Shown here piece by piece: positions 38,401-50,071 of a stretch of 64,000 nucleotides of DNA. The stretch is from Trichoplax adhaerens. Its lineage: Eukaryota; Animalia; Placozoa. How positions within the stretch are numbered: position 1 is the stretch's first letter; every line of letters starts with the position of its first letter. Under the pieces are notes generated by a model that made no database searches, had not been told where the DNA came from, and saw only the letters and a program-made list of their open reading frames with translations. The DNA is taken from positions 3,681,172 to 3,745,171 of the forward strand of contig NW_002060945.1 of assembly GCF_000150275.1 (NCBI RefSeq), given 5' to 3'. A program made the position numbers and the translations under genes.

Positions 38401-41400
38401 AGACCGCTAGAGTTATGACTCTGTGATGATTTTATAGATAGGTAATGTTATGATACTGTAATCGCTTTTATTGGATTAAAATTCTGAAAGACTACCGCTG
38501 TACAAACGACCCTCACAGATAATAAGTAACTTTGCTATTTGATCATCCTTCTTTATTTTTTATTTGGATTCTATTACCTCTATAATCAACCAATTGGAAT
38601 ACGTTGATCATTAACATAATATGAGATGGTCATTTTATTGTGTAAATTTCTTATTATTATTGTATTCAATTACTTCAAAAATCAAAGAATCAAGACACCC
38701 TGAGAATACGATAAAATATAATAGTAGTATTTAATTTTCATTTTAGATTTAAAATTATCATTGTCCTCTATCTTTCATGTTATTATTATCTCACTGACAT
38801 CGACGATGATATTTGAGCTTTATTTTCAACCATTATTTATATAGACAGTCGAAATTAGCCATAGTTTTATTCTAAGGCTGATCAATTTATTCACAATTCA
38901 TGGTAGCAAATTCTTAATATTTAGCATGGGATCAGTTTGGATAGCACTTTTAACTATAAACTAAGAAGCACAAAATCAATCTTTACATATACAAACTATC
39001 TCAATCAATTTCATCATTGGTAACAAAATAAAGCTATACCTTTATTCAACTTTTGGCTTATCTATATCATTTTTACTTAGGTAAGTTGATTGGTATTAAA
39101 TGTTTGCATTACTCACATTTTATATAGACTGTTATTGAGTTCGTGTCTAAGGTCTTTATCGAATTATATTACGAGGTCAAAAGTCACATTAAATGCCTTA
39201 TCTTGTGCTAAATCAAATCATTTAAGGCTATGCCGATTTACTTGCGCTATTTCATGATAAATAACCGATCAAATAAATACTATATCATATCAAATTTTTT
39301 ATCAACTACCATCAGTCGATATGAAAACGTTAAAACTCTTTTCTGTCAGCAGTATTCTGACTAAAGGAATCGCATCATGTTGAGTTTATCTTCGACGACT
39401 TTTTTTCTACTTAAATAAGTTTAATAATTTATTCCCCTCTGTTCTCTATTCACATTTTACTTGTCCAAGAAGTAAATTGAATATTACAGTGTTGATATTT
39501 TGTTAATAGGTGTTCAATTTATTCTACTTGCTGTTATTCTCAATGATTCTGTTATACCAACGGGCAGTACTAGCCTTCTAATGTTTTCACTAATCAAAAA
39601 GGTGTCCATCTTAAATATACTGCCTCTTAATCAGAAATTAAAAGTAGATAGCTGCCAGGTTATATATCAGTCTATCATATTTATACTTTACTACTTGAAG
39701 TGATTTCAATTAACCATAATCTCTAATCTAGTGATTCATCATACAATCAAATATCGATCGATTCAATAGATGACTTTTAGGTGTGAGGCTTGGCTCCTGT
39801 AGTTTATTTCACGACGTCAAGTGATACTTATGTCATAAGCGCATTGGATACAATTTATAAGATTTATGTACAGTATAAACAGGAAGAAATCCATCGGAGT
39901 CGTAACTTGCATACCTAAAGAAACCTTTAAGGAACTTTATTTTTATCTTTCGGATGAATATTTTAATTTTAAATTGTAAAATATATTAAGTTTCATTTAG
40001 GCTCTACATCATTCACGATCTAGTAAGAAACCTGTTATTATGCAAGTTTACTGATTCTCTGTAACAACTTTGCATAAGGCAAACTTTCTTATGTCATTTT
40101 TATTTTATTTTGGTTGATTCTTTAAAACTGATAATCAAAAAGACTCGAAATTAAATCTTTCATTTTATCTTTTCGCTCCTAATAATAAAGTTATTTTTAT
40201 ACACGTATCGTTAAGCTCCAATCTTAATCATATTTAGTTAATTTTAGCTGTAGTTTTTAATTCGCGATCTAACCTAGATAAACTTGAAGGTGAATTTAGA
40301 TGAATTAAAATTACTATGCTCAAACAAATATCTATTCAATGTATGGTAACCCATACGATTTAAAATCGAGGTGTCCAATTTTGCTATGCCTTAGATTCTA
40401 TTCTTTGACTACGATTTCAAAGCCATCTGCAAATGATGTCTAAAATCTTACACAATCGCAACATAAAGTGTGAGCTTATCATACTGTAATACAACGTACT
40501 AGCGGTGAAAATGCATAGTTAACTGCCATGAAAAAATGTGTGTGATGCCAACCGAAAATTGTGTTCTGTTCATTTTAACAACAACTTTCAAGTTTTAACC
40601 ATAGCTGCCTTGAAGTATTACCTGTATACCATTAAGACACAAATTTATTTAATATTTTGGATAATGCTATGCTTAAACTTTAGTCATACTGAGATGTAGC
40701 GTAAACTATAGTTTCAGTAAATCCGGTCAAAGTCACAACTGTCTATTTCAAGGTATTCAAATCTCAACAATAAGTTTGAGTCTACTTTGAAAGAGAAGTT
40801 TATTAACAGTTTTAGTTGTTAAATAATCTGCGTTATTATTTTAACTTATTACCTGTACGAAAGAAGTCTGTACAATCAATTAGGTGATAGAAACCTACCC
40901 TTAAGCCTTGAACCTAAGCTAGCAGTTAAATTCCATTTAAGAATAAGACGCGGAGTTTATTCTCCTCACCTATTCACTCACCCTATAGTCCCGATAGCCA
41001 TTCTATCCATTATGACAAGGAATACTATTGTACGCTGATATTTTATTGATACCTCTAGTAAGATAATTAATTCTGAAAGGGAATTAATTTCGTCAAGAGT
41101 TGAGAAATAGCCAATTATAAATTACCGCCTTGTCATACTACCTAAGCTAGCTTATATGATAACTAGATCAGTTAGCGTATTTGTCTTAATTGCATCAACT
41201 ACGAATAGAAATTATTATGGCAATACTACGTAATAACGTAACAAAAAATATTGCCGTTGTGGCATAACTTGTATGTTGATAAATTGTCTTCAAGATGAAG
41301 TCAATGCATCGAAAAAGACCTATATTCTTACCAGTCAGCCAAGCCATATAGAGAGAGACAAGCTTGTGGAAATAGAATAGATCTACACGAAATGCTATGT

Positions 41401-44400
41401 GTCATAAGACTTTCAATACAGGTATACGGCGAGTTATTACGACAGATTTGCAACGCTGCATGATTTTTAACTTTTAACGTAAAAGGGCTATACCCTTATG
41501 CGCTATTGTACATCACATTGAAAGTTTCTGCAAACAAGTATTTCATCTTCTCAGACTCTCATATTGATGCTTTTTATATGTCACTAATAAATGATTCCAA
41601 GCAATTTATTTCATTATTATATATATATAACCTGAATGCATATGAGAAATATCAACCATTAGAAGATGCCCTGCCTGAAATTTATCTGGCCCATTCCATT
41701 TCCTTTCCCAAATGTTATTTCTATCTCGGCCAAGGGCTTTATAAACAATATGAATTCATATAAATTGCTGATTTTTCATAGTATCAGAAAAAAATCACAC
41801 TATAAGCGATATCTTTTTGAAGTCTTAATCATTCAGTCAAAGCAAATATTCTTCCTTTGAAAAATATTTACATTACTTTTTGCACATTTGCAACTTCTGA
41901 TCTTGTTTAGTCTGCCAATTATCATTAAATAAATTGAGCATATATTTAAAGATTATTTTGCATATACAGCAATGTTGAACAGAGGACGGTACATTTTCTT
42001 TACTAATAATGACTTTTAAAAGTTATGATAGTAAAACTTTGACATTTTTTTTCAAGAAAAAGGCTATCATCCCACCTTGCAGATGGTAATGTCGATAGCC
42101 AATAACTAAGATTGATCGAAAAATCAAAATGATCTTACTATCAATTAAATTTTATTCTATTATATCATGCCTGATTGTAAATAGTTTTTATTTTTTCATA
42201 TAGTTCTATTGAATAGGTAATTTTTAAAACGAATTCCTTTTATATTCAATTACGATATAGCAGATTTAATAAGTATCGGAAAAGAGATATTATAAACAAA
42301 AGTATGTAAATGATGTCCTGGAAGTATTTTCTTGAATTGCTTTTAATCTAGTTTGAACAATAGCCGAGGATATGCTATAGAGCAATGATTAATTGATGTT
42401 TACCCTAAATTCTAGAAAAGCATTTTCCATAAGTTATAATCTTAGCTATAGGCTGTCTAGCCTTTCAGAAATTTAATGACGTTTTTTAAAAACAGAGAAC
42501 ATACATCTGTGCCGATCATGACAACAAAAAGCCTCTTTTCACCTTGAAAATTTTTTCAATAATAGCTCAATTATCGACTAAATAAAAATTTTATACTACA
42601 GTTATGATCTTCCACTGAGTAAACCCAAATAATGACGAAAATAATTTTAAAATATCCTCAGCCTACCTTATCATGGATTCTACTAGAATTATTCTTGTCA
42701 TGGAAAAAAAAGGCTACTCCATCATAATCTATTCATGGATCACTTCTATTTTCAGAATATATTGCTGGGCTCAATATTCTAACGCTGCTTTTTAGCTGAG
42801 ATAGACTGTACAAGCAATTATCTTCATTCAATTTTATGATAGAAAATCTCTTTATTATCTGAAAATTTTCAAACAAACAACGACTAGTCTATCAATCAAT
42901 TAAAAATTATCATACTCTAAGTGTGATTCAGAATATATAATGACGGAACTAACAAAAAATATCGATACTATATTTTGTCCAACATTTAAAAATTAAACCC
43001 TCTTTAATTTTTAATTTTTTTAACTTCATACGTGACAAAATATAAGAAATAGGAAGAATAAGAAGAATGCCGAGAACTGTACTGTAAAGATAGCAATCAT
43101 GAATCATCGGGATGGCCTATTGTTTCTCTCAACTGCTCGTTTCCTATTTATATTCCTATACTACCGGTACTGAATTTTTAAATATACTTGTCAAAGAATT
43201 TCGACTGACGAGGAGATTACGCGCCTGATAGAATTACTTGTACTGTATACTACAGTTACACATCATTGTTCTAATGATTTCATCTTAGTTGGCGCAAAGC
43301 TACCCGTGAATCTAGTAAAATTTATCACTGACATAGTCCGGCTAAAAATGGAAACATGAATCCTTGCGGTACTTCTCATCAGTGTTCATACAATCCTATT
43401 GTTGATTAGTCTATCAATCCACTATTAAGCGCTGATCTGTGATAGTTGGTGGATTCTATGTTAGAACCGCAGTACACTTGCTGCTGAGGTTTATTGGATA
43501 CCATCCCTTTAAAGCATCGTAAAATGTTTTATTTGACGTGATAAAATGCTTCTGTTCTATTGTGCCATTAAAGCTATAATTACGTTTAAAGTACAAAAAA
43601 ACTTCATCAATTTAGAATTTTTCGGTTCTATAGTGATAGCAGTTATGATTAAGGTTAGTGGTTAGGGTTTTGTTTCTGTTAGTAGAGTTTACAAGTCTTA
43701 GCGTCTAAAATACGACTTAACCCATCATATTATAATTATGCTTGATGGTATTACTGCGCTAGGACATTGGCACAATCTCGAATTTACGCCATTTAATAGA
43801 GAAGAGATTTTAAATTGAAATTTGCACCATTCCAATGACTCCATCTAATATTGGGTGATAATAGCAAGATAAGCCAATTTACATAATAGCACTGTATCGC
43901 TGTAGCAGCTTAGGTAATAATGCCTAATATTGCGTGCATAATCAATCCAGTCTCTCCCGTGCAGTAAAATTGTAATACCGTTACAGCAGCGCTCTGCTAC
44001 ATTATCGCTGATGCGAATGTTAATATAGCTTGAAACATTAAAAACGTATTTTAATGTGATAGTAAAATATTGTTGACGAAAGCCATATCAATATATATGA
44101 TGACATCGAGACTAACCTTCAATGTGCAAAAATTTTTTAAACAGCGAATTTTACAAACGTCACGATCTATATACGTCGTATACCTTATTGATTAAGGCTA
44201 AATCTATTAAGGTGCAGGAAATTCGTAGTTGACCTATAGTTACGGTACTATGTTACCTTTTATTAGTAAAATTTGTAGAAATAAAAACATATTGAATTAC
44301 CATTTATTACTAAAATTTGTGGAATATAATGTATAAATATAAATGTATAAATATAATGTACGTTATGAATCAATATGACAACATAACAACATCTTGTAGA

Positions 44401-44421
44401 TCAATTTAAATTTTCAACCAT

Positions 44422-45203
44422 TTGATTGGGGATGGATTAGTAAAGATTGGGTTATAGTCATTTTATTACGAATAACGTCAATCTTATATGAAAACAATCG
44501 CAGCGGGACTACTGATTGTGAGCACTTCCAACAGTAGAAATACTGTACTACGTATTCTTCTTCTAGTTCAGATTGCAGATTGTGTTGATTTCATGGATAT
44601 TTTGTAGGTCTCTATTTATTGCTTTAATCAATTGATAAGGAAAGAAATAGTGAAGAGTGAGTAATGGCTATTTTATGAACAACGTCAATGGTAAAGGAAA
44701 TCAAGCATAGTGGAGTCTTGATTATACAGTATAGATGTTATACTGTTTATCTACGCTATATTATAATTAATTATCAACACTTCAAAAGTGTAGTACAGTA
44801 ATACGAGTAATGTACGCGTATATAATATATATTCTTCTAGGCCAGACTGGAGATTAAGGTCAGGTACAGCCGTATAGATCTCCATTTATTACTTCAGTTA
44901 GTTGATTGGGGAAAGAATAGTAAAGAGTGGGTTATGGCTATTTTATAAATAACGTCAATCGTGAAGGAAAGCAAGCGCATTGGGACTACTGATTGTGACT
45001 ATTTATTAAAACGATAGTAATATTCTTCTAGGCAAGACGGCAGATTACGTTCGTTGTGGACATTTTGTACGTAGGTAACGTTAGATCTGTCTTATACACA
45101 CTGCTATGTCCAGCTGATAGGGAAGGAAGAGTGAAGAGTGAGTCGTGGCTATTTATGAAAAGAGTTCATCGTAAAGGAAACTAGCGCAGCGGGACTACTG
45201 ATT
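44422..45203. repeat. Four diverged tandem copies of a ~210-270 bp unit with a conserved ~90-nt core
   Basis: Cores at about 44422-44517, 44632-44723, 44902-44994 and 45114-45203 share tgat(t/a)..g-purine run-gt(a/g)aagagtg(a/g)gt..tggctatttt..aacgtcaat..aaggaaa..gggactactgatt. A further shared block, ttcttctag...cagatt, lies between cores. Confidence 0.85.
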
Positions 45204-45437
45204 AATTAATTATATATAGCACTTAAGACGGTACTACAGCAATACAATATGTCTATTCTCCCAAGCCTCAATTTAGTAATGTACTGTAGTTGCGGAACTA
45301 GAAAGGTGGAAATGGTGGCTCTCATGAATAAATAAATTACCGTAAATTAACCTGGAACCATGACAAATGGGAGGGCAAGTGTAAATATGTGATGGCTTTC
45401 CTTATGGGCGAGACTGTGTTTTAAATGTAAATACGTG

Positions 45438-45550
45438 AGACTTGAATACTGTATAGTACAGTACAGTACTGCACTGGGTACTGTAGACTTGAATACTGTA
45501 CACTGTACAGTACTGTATACAGTACAGTATAAGAAAAATTCTCGTTTACA
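45438..45550. promoter_or_regulatory. Orphan ACAGT/TACAGTA cluster (promoter-like, no adjacent recognisable CDS)
   Basis: tactgtatagtacagtacagtactgcactgggtactgta...tactgtacactgtacagtactgtatacagtacagta, flanked by GC-richer DNA. The composition matches the clusters at the ACAD11 and NSF 5' ends. Confidence 0.45.
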
Positions 45551-46459
45551 GTACGTTACGTATCGCGCATCCATGCTGTATCCTGTTACCACGGTAGCAT
45601 TTATTCCACCCACGACGATCCCTATCGGCTAGACTTGGCGTTAATTTTGACGATCAAATTTACAGTTTATCCTAATTTTGAATGTTATTTCATCATTCAT
45701 CGATTATGGCTACGGTTGTTAGGTGAGAATACAACGGAATAGCACTACGCATAAATCAGTTATTTTCTGACCAGTTTGTTTCGATGTTTATTAGTAATTA
45801 TTATAATCGAAGTTCCACAACAATATTTTATTCTCTATCCAACTATCATGTTTATTGGTTAACAATAACTTTTAGATCAGAATAAGCAAAGTCCAATATA
45901 TTTTATCATCACTCCTACTTATAGTATCAGCATCCTATACTAGTATTGCCTAACAATTCTACTCCATGCTAAAAATATTTTCCATCTCCATTTCTTAATT
46001 TTTCCCCCTTTCATGAAAATTCAACACTAATTGACTCTGTATCCTATTACTTATTCAAATTTTTATCATTACTTCAACTAGTCAAAAAATGATATTTTCA
46101 CACTACTTATATATTATACCACTTTCGTACAATCACAGGCTTCGTAGCTAAAGCTGGACAATAAAATGAATTTTTTACTATATCATTTTTTAACCATTCC
46201 TACCCAAGAAAAATTTTAACATTGCTTTTTAGACTTTTACTTTTTTAATCCTGGTGTGATCGTTATGTAGTGTGTATGATACAATACAGAGTGTAGTGTA
46301 TTTAGAATATACTGTAACTATATTCTACTCTTAAATATAGACATGTTGTATTGCTCTTATATTTAGACAGATCTACAGTCCTCTTACTCTACATTCATAT
46401 ATAGACTACTGTATTTAGTTATTACGGTACTCGCTGTTTTCTACAATCATCTGCTATTT

Positions 46460-47360
46460 TGTAACCTGTTATGGTATATGTTGTATCTAATTCCACAATC
46501 CTATTCTCTGCATGTGCTCTATCTTCAAAACTATAAATACCGGCGATTTCTACCTCAGAGTTCATTAGCCTCTCAGTTAGTCTTCTAGTTAGTCTCTCAC
46601 AGTCTAATACTTCTACTCGTTACTCACGACAGCTTACACGCTGATCTACCGTAACTACCTCACTGTACTTCACGTTACTAACCTACAATAAAGCATAACT
46701 TTTATAAACCCTTTGTTGTAATAATTGTAAATGGCGACTAAATCTCAATCCTCTGAGATATCAAACCCTCCATCACACAGAGTATGCTCTCTTAACAATG
46801 CCCATTATAAAGTAATTACGATAACACGGCTTAACTATATTATAACTCGACTTCCACCTAATACAAACGTTATTATTGACCACTAGATACGGTTAAAGTT
46901 CGATAGTCCATCCGATATAAGGAGTTATTAAATAGATTGATCAATAAGAATAAGATCTTGTATTTTGGTTAAAATGCGTCCATTTTATTGTAGATATCTT
47001 GAAGATAAAACGACTTTGTCCAATAAGCTCAATTACATTCAAGTAGACGACGAGTATACCATTCATACACGGTTTACTCCTACTCCTACTGATGTTCGCA
47101 TGTTTTATGCTAATCTAATATATCAACCATCTCTATCTATACATGTATTTTTCCAACTACTAAATGCTACCCGACATCAAGATATGCGCATAAATTTATT
47201 CGAAATTGATTGTGATGAAGGGAAATGAAATTATAAACTGGATCAATATTGATCTCCTTTTATCATGGTAACGCCAAGCGATCAGGAATCTCATTCTTTT
47301 ATTACACGTATATTCCAACTATATCGTGCTAGGTCTAGTCGTTGTCGCCTAAAACTCTAA
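46460..47360 (+). mobile_element. Decayed Ty3/Gypsy-like LTR retrotransposon remnant (LTR, PBS-like site, broken gag)
   Basis: TGT... candidate starts (46460/46467), TATAAATA at 46532, AATAAA at 46687, TGGCGAC (PBS-like) at 46732. Broken frames then read RLNYIITRLPPNTNVIIDH*, RYKELLNRLIN and DDEYTIHTRFTPTPTDVRMFYA, which resemble the Gypsy gag pattern (KF.YVI..LP...V.DI...Y..LK..LI...L..LP..VR.ILA). Boundaries are approximate. Confidence 0.55.
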
Positions 47361-48844
47361 TAGATAGGATATTTAAAGCAGTGGTTGATTAAAGGAGAGA
47401 ATTCATTACGTTTTTATTATATCTTCCTATCTTACGTATCTTATAAACGGGCACTTAAATTCTATCGGCTTGGATCATTCTCATACTACCATAAAAATAT
47501 AATTAGATAGCGATCTTTAAAATGAGAATACAATACATATGACAACGTGTGATATATACCAATCACGAAATTCCAAATTTTAGAAAAATAAGGGCTTTAT
47601 TGAATCTTATACAAAGATTAGCTACACACAGCTCTACTTTAGCCGAATACTACTACTAAAGACTTCTAGAACGAACTAACAGAATAATCTAAAGTTGCAT
47701 GCTTTTATACTTTCCGTAGCATTCGCAGCTACAATCCGCATGGCAACCTTTTACCTTATTTTACACATAGTTAAATTATTCTTAGTAAGACTATTCTACT
47801 GCGGACCATCATTAATCCAATATGGATACGACTACAGTACTTACATAGACATTATTCACACCAGCCAAAGTACAATGAATTAACCATATCCTAATATATG
47901 ATTTACAGTTCTATTTTTACCTATAGCCATATTAGTAACTTAACAGCTTACTGTAGTATATAGTCATCTGTACTCTAGCATAGAGTCTCTACCACTACAA
48001 TCTACAGTTACAGCTACCAAATATCTCTTAGGATAAATATCTACCGTACATTATACTACACATGGCTAACAGTCTATAATCATAATACTAAGTTACATTA
48101 CACATCGAAATATAATTAATTGTATAAAGGATATTGCTAACTGTTACTGCGAAAACTATCCTGTCCATCGTATTATTATTGAATTAAACGATAACGTAAT
48201 GCATCCAGTTGGAGTAAATTCTAATACTGACTACTGCGTATGCTATCAGTTCCATAATTAATCGTGTTACTTAAATATCGTTGATGGTCGTTCATTCATT
48301 TGACACATAGAATAGCTCACATTGATGACCGAACGACGAGAACTATGATCCTCGAATAAATAAAAAATTAGTTAATTAAACGACTGGGTTATGCATAATT
48401 ATCAATACTACCCCTATAAACTAGGTTGAGTCTACTATGTATAAGGTATATGTATATTCTTTATATAGCATCTAATATGGGTAAAATTTCAAATATTATT
48501 TTATGGTATCCATAAAGAACCAAATATTAGAAAATTGTAATTCTTTTTCCTAAATGATGACGTCTTCGTTTTTTTTCTCATGCTATCATTTACAAATACT
48601 ATTATCAAATGTATCGTTAATAATGGTTAACATCATTGTCTATCATTATCTAGTATCTGTAGGCCATTTAAATGTTGTAATACCAAGTAAAAAAATACGG
48701 TGAAAGATCCATTCTTTGATTAAAAAATTATAACCTTTCAACGACGACATCAACATCGAGTTGATACAACGATAGCCAACCTAATCTATCGTTATCATTG
48801 GAGTCGTCGATAACCTATCATCTTCAACGTAAGTAAATCGCCTA

Positions 48845-50071
48845 ATGAAGTACAATATCTCTAGCAGCCTTGACCGAAATGTCATACCATTATCTGTTGG
48901 CATTATTCAAGCTATATTATTAATAATTATTTTCATTATTGGCCTTGTCGGTAATATTTTAGTCATAGTCGTGATCAAAAGGTACGAAATTAGTAGTTCA
49001 CCGATAAATATACTCCTACTTAATTTTGTATCCTGCGATATCTTATCATTATTTATTTTATATCCAATAACGATCATTGTCAAATTTGGCTTACCAGTCT
49101 ATCCATTTGATAGTAGTTTCTGTAGTTTTGAAGGTTTCTTACGGCAGACTTGCAGCATTGTTACTATATTAACATTAACTGTAATTAGTGTTGGACGTTA
49201 TGACGCTATCGTACCACCGGTTCATAAGCGTGATCATGTTATAACCCAACTTCGAGCTAAAATGTTTGTCGTATGGACATGGATTATTGCTTTTATATTC
49301 AGCTTTCCACCTATAGTTGGCTGGAATCATTACATATATGCAAGTGAATTTTCTTACTGCCTACCTCAATGCTTGCATTCAGATCGAAATCAATCCAATC
49401 AATCAACCATTCAATCTTCTCTCTTGTATGGTTATCTACTATATCCTCTCGTCTACAATTTACCATTACTTGTTATGATTCATAACTATTGTAATATATT
49501 TCGTGCTATACAAACTAAAACCGATCGATTACAGCAACGTCAAGGTTTTATTATACGCAAGCAGTCGAAATTTCTCTTCGAACTACGAACATGTAGGATT
49601 ATGTTTACAATAACTGCATTTATTATGGTACTAATGTATCCATACATCTTGTCACGTCAAGCTTGTTTTATTTCAGTTGGTGTTAATGATACCTTTGCAT
49701 CAGGTGATGCCTATAGCATTATTATGTCATTTCTGGGTGTTTTAACGATGGCTGCACCAGCAGTGACACCTGCGATTCTACCATTAATGCATCGACGATT
49801 TAAACGAGAATTTTACGGTATTTTATGTAGTTGGACCCGTTCACATAAAATCCAGCCCTTAATTTATTATGTTAAGGCTGAAACTGACGAACATTTAATA
49901 CGTAGTATCGATGGCTATATAAAACGCAATGAACAGAGAGATAATAAGCATCGTATACCGCAAGATCTGCAAGAAAAGCCAGCTAATGTGCAAGCATGGT
50001 CGGGTTTTAGCTTTAGTGATGTTGTAACTAGAGATGTTCGACAACATAACATAGAAAATCATGGCTCTTAA
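48845..50071 (+). CDS. Orphan rhodopsin-like (class A) GPCR, single coding exon, 408 aa
   Basis: Seven hydrophobic segments. TM1 GLVGN, TM2 Asp (VSCDIL), TM3 Cys (FCSFEG), GRY at the DRY position, TM4 W and PPIVGW, ECL2 Cys, TM5 LP..Y, TM6 YP, TM7 TPAIL, helix 8 HRRFKREF, and an N-terminal NIS sequon. Confidence 0.93.
   Translation: MKYNISSSLDRNVIPLSVGIIQAILLIIIFIIGLVGNILVIVVIKRYEISSSPINILLLNFVSCDILSLFILYPITIIVKFGLPVYPFDSSFCSFEGFLRQTCSIVTILTLTVISVGRYDAIVPPVHKRDHVITQLRAKMFVVWTWIIAFIFSFPPIVGWNHYIYASEFSYCLPQCLHSDRNQSNQSTIQSSLLYGYLLYPLVYNLPLLVMIHNYCNIFRAIQTKTDRLQQRQGFIIRKQSKFLFELRTCRIMFTITAFIMVLMYPYILSRQACFISVGVNDTFASGDAYSIIMSFLGVLTMAAPAVTPAILPLMHRRFKREFYGILCSWTRSHKIQPLIYYVKAETDEHLIRSIDGYIKRNEQRDNKHRIPQDLQEKPANVQAWSGFSFSDVVTRDVRQHNIENHGS

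Noticed and set aside
43651-43672. Telomere-like ggttagtggttagggtttt
   Set aside because: Only one perfect TTAGGG; not an array.
44422-45203. Cadherin-like peptide (FTIDVI..N(D/S)(Y/H)NP.FT) on the minus strand of the four-copy array
   Set aside because: It needs a frameshift inside the motif in every copy, and no other cadherin motifs (LDRE, A.D.G) are present.
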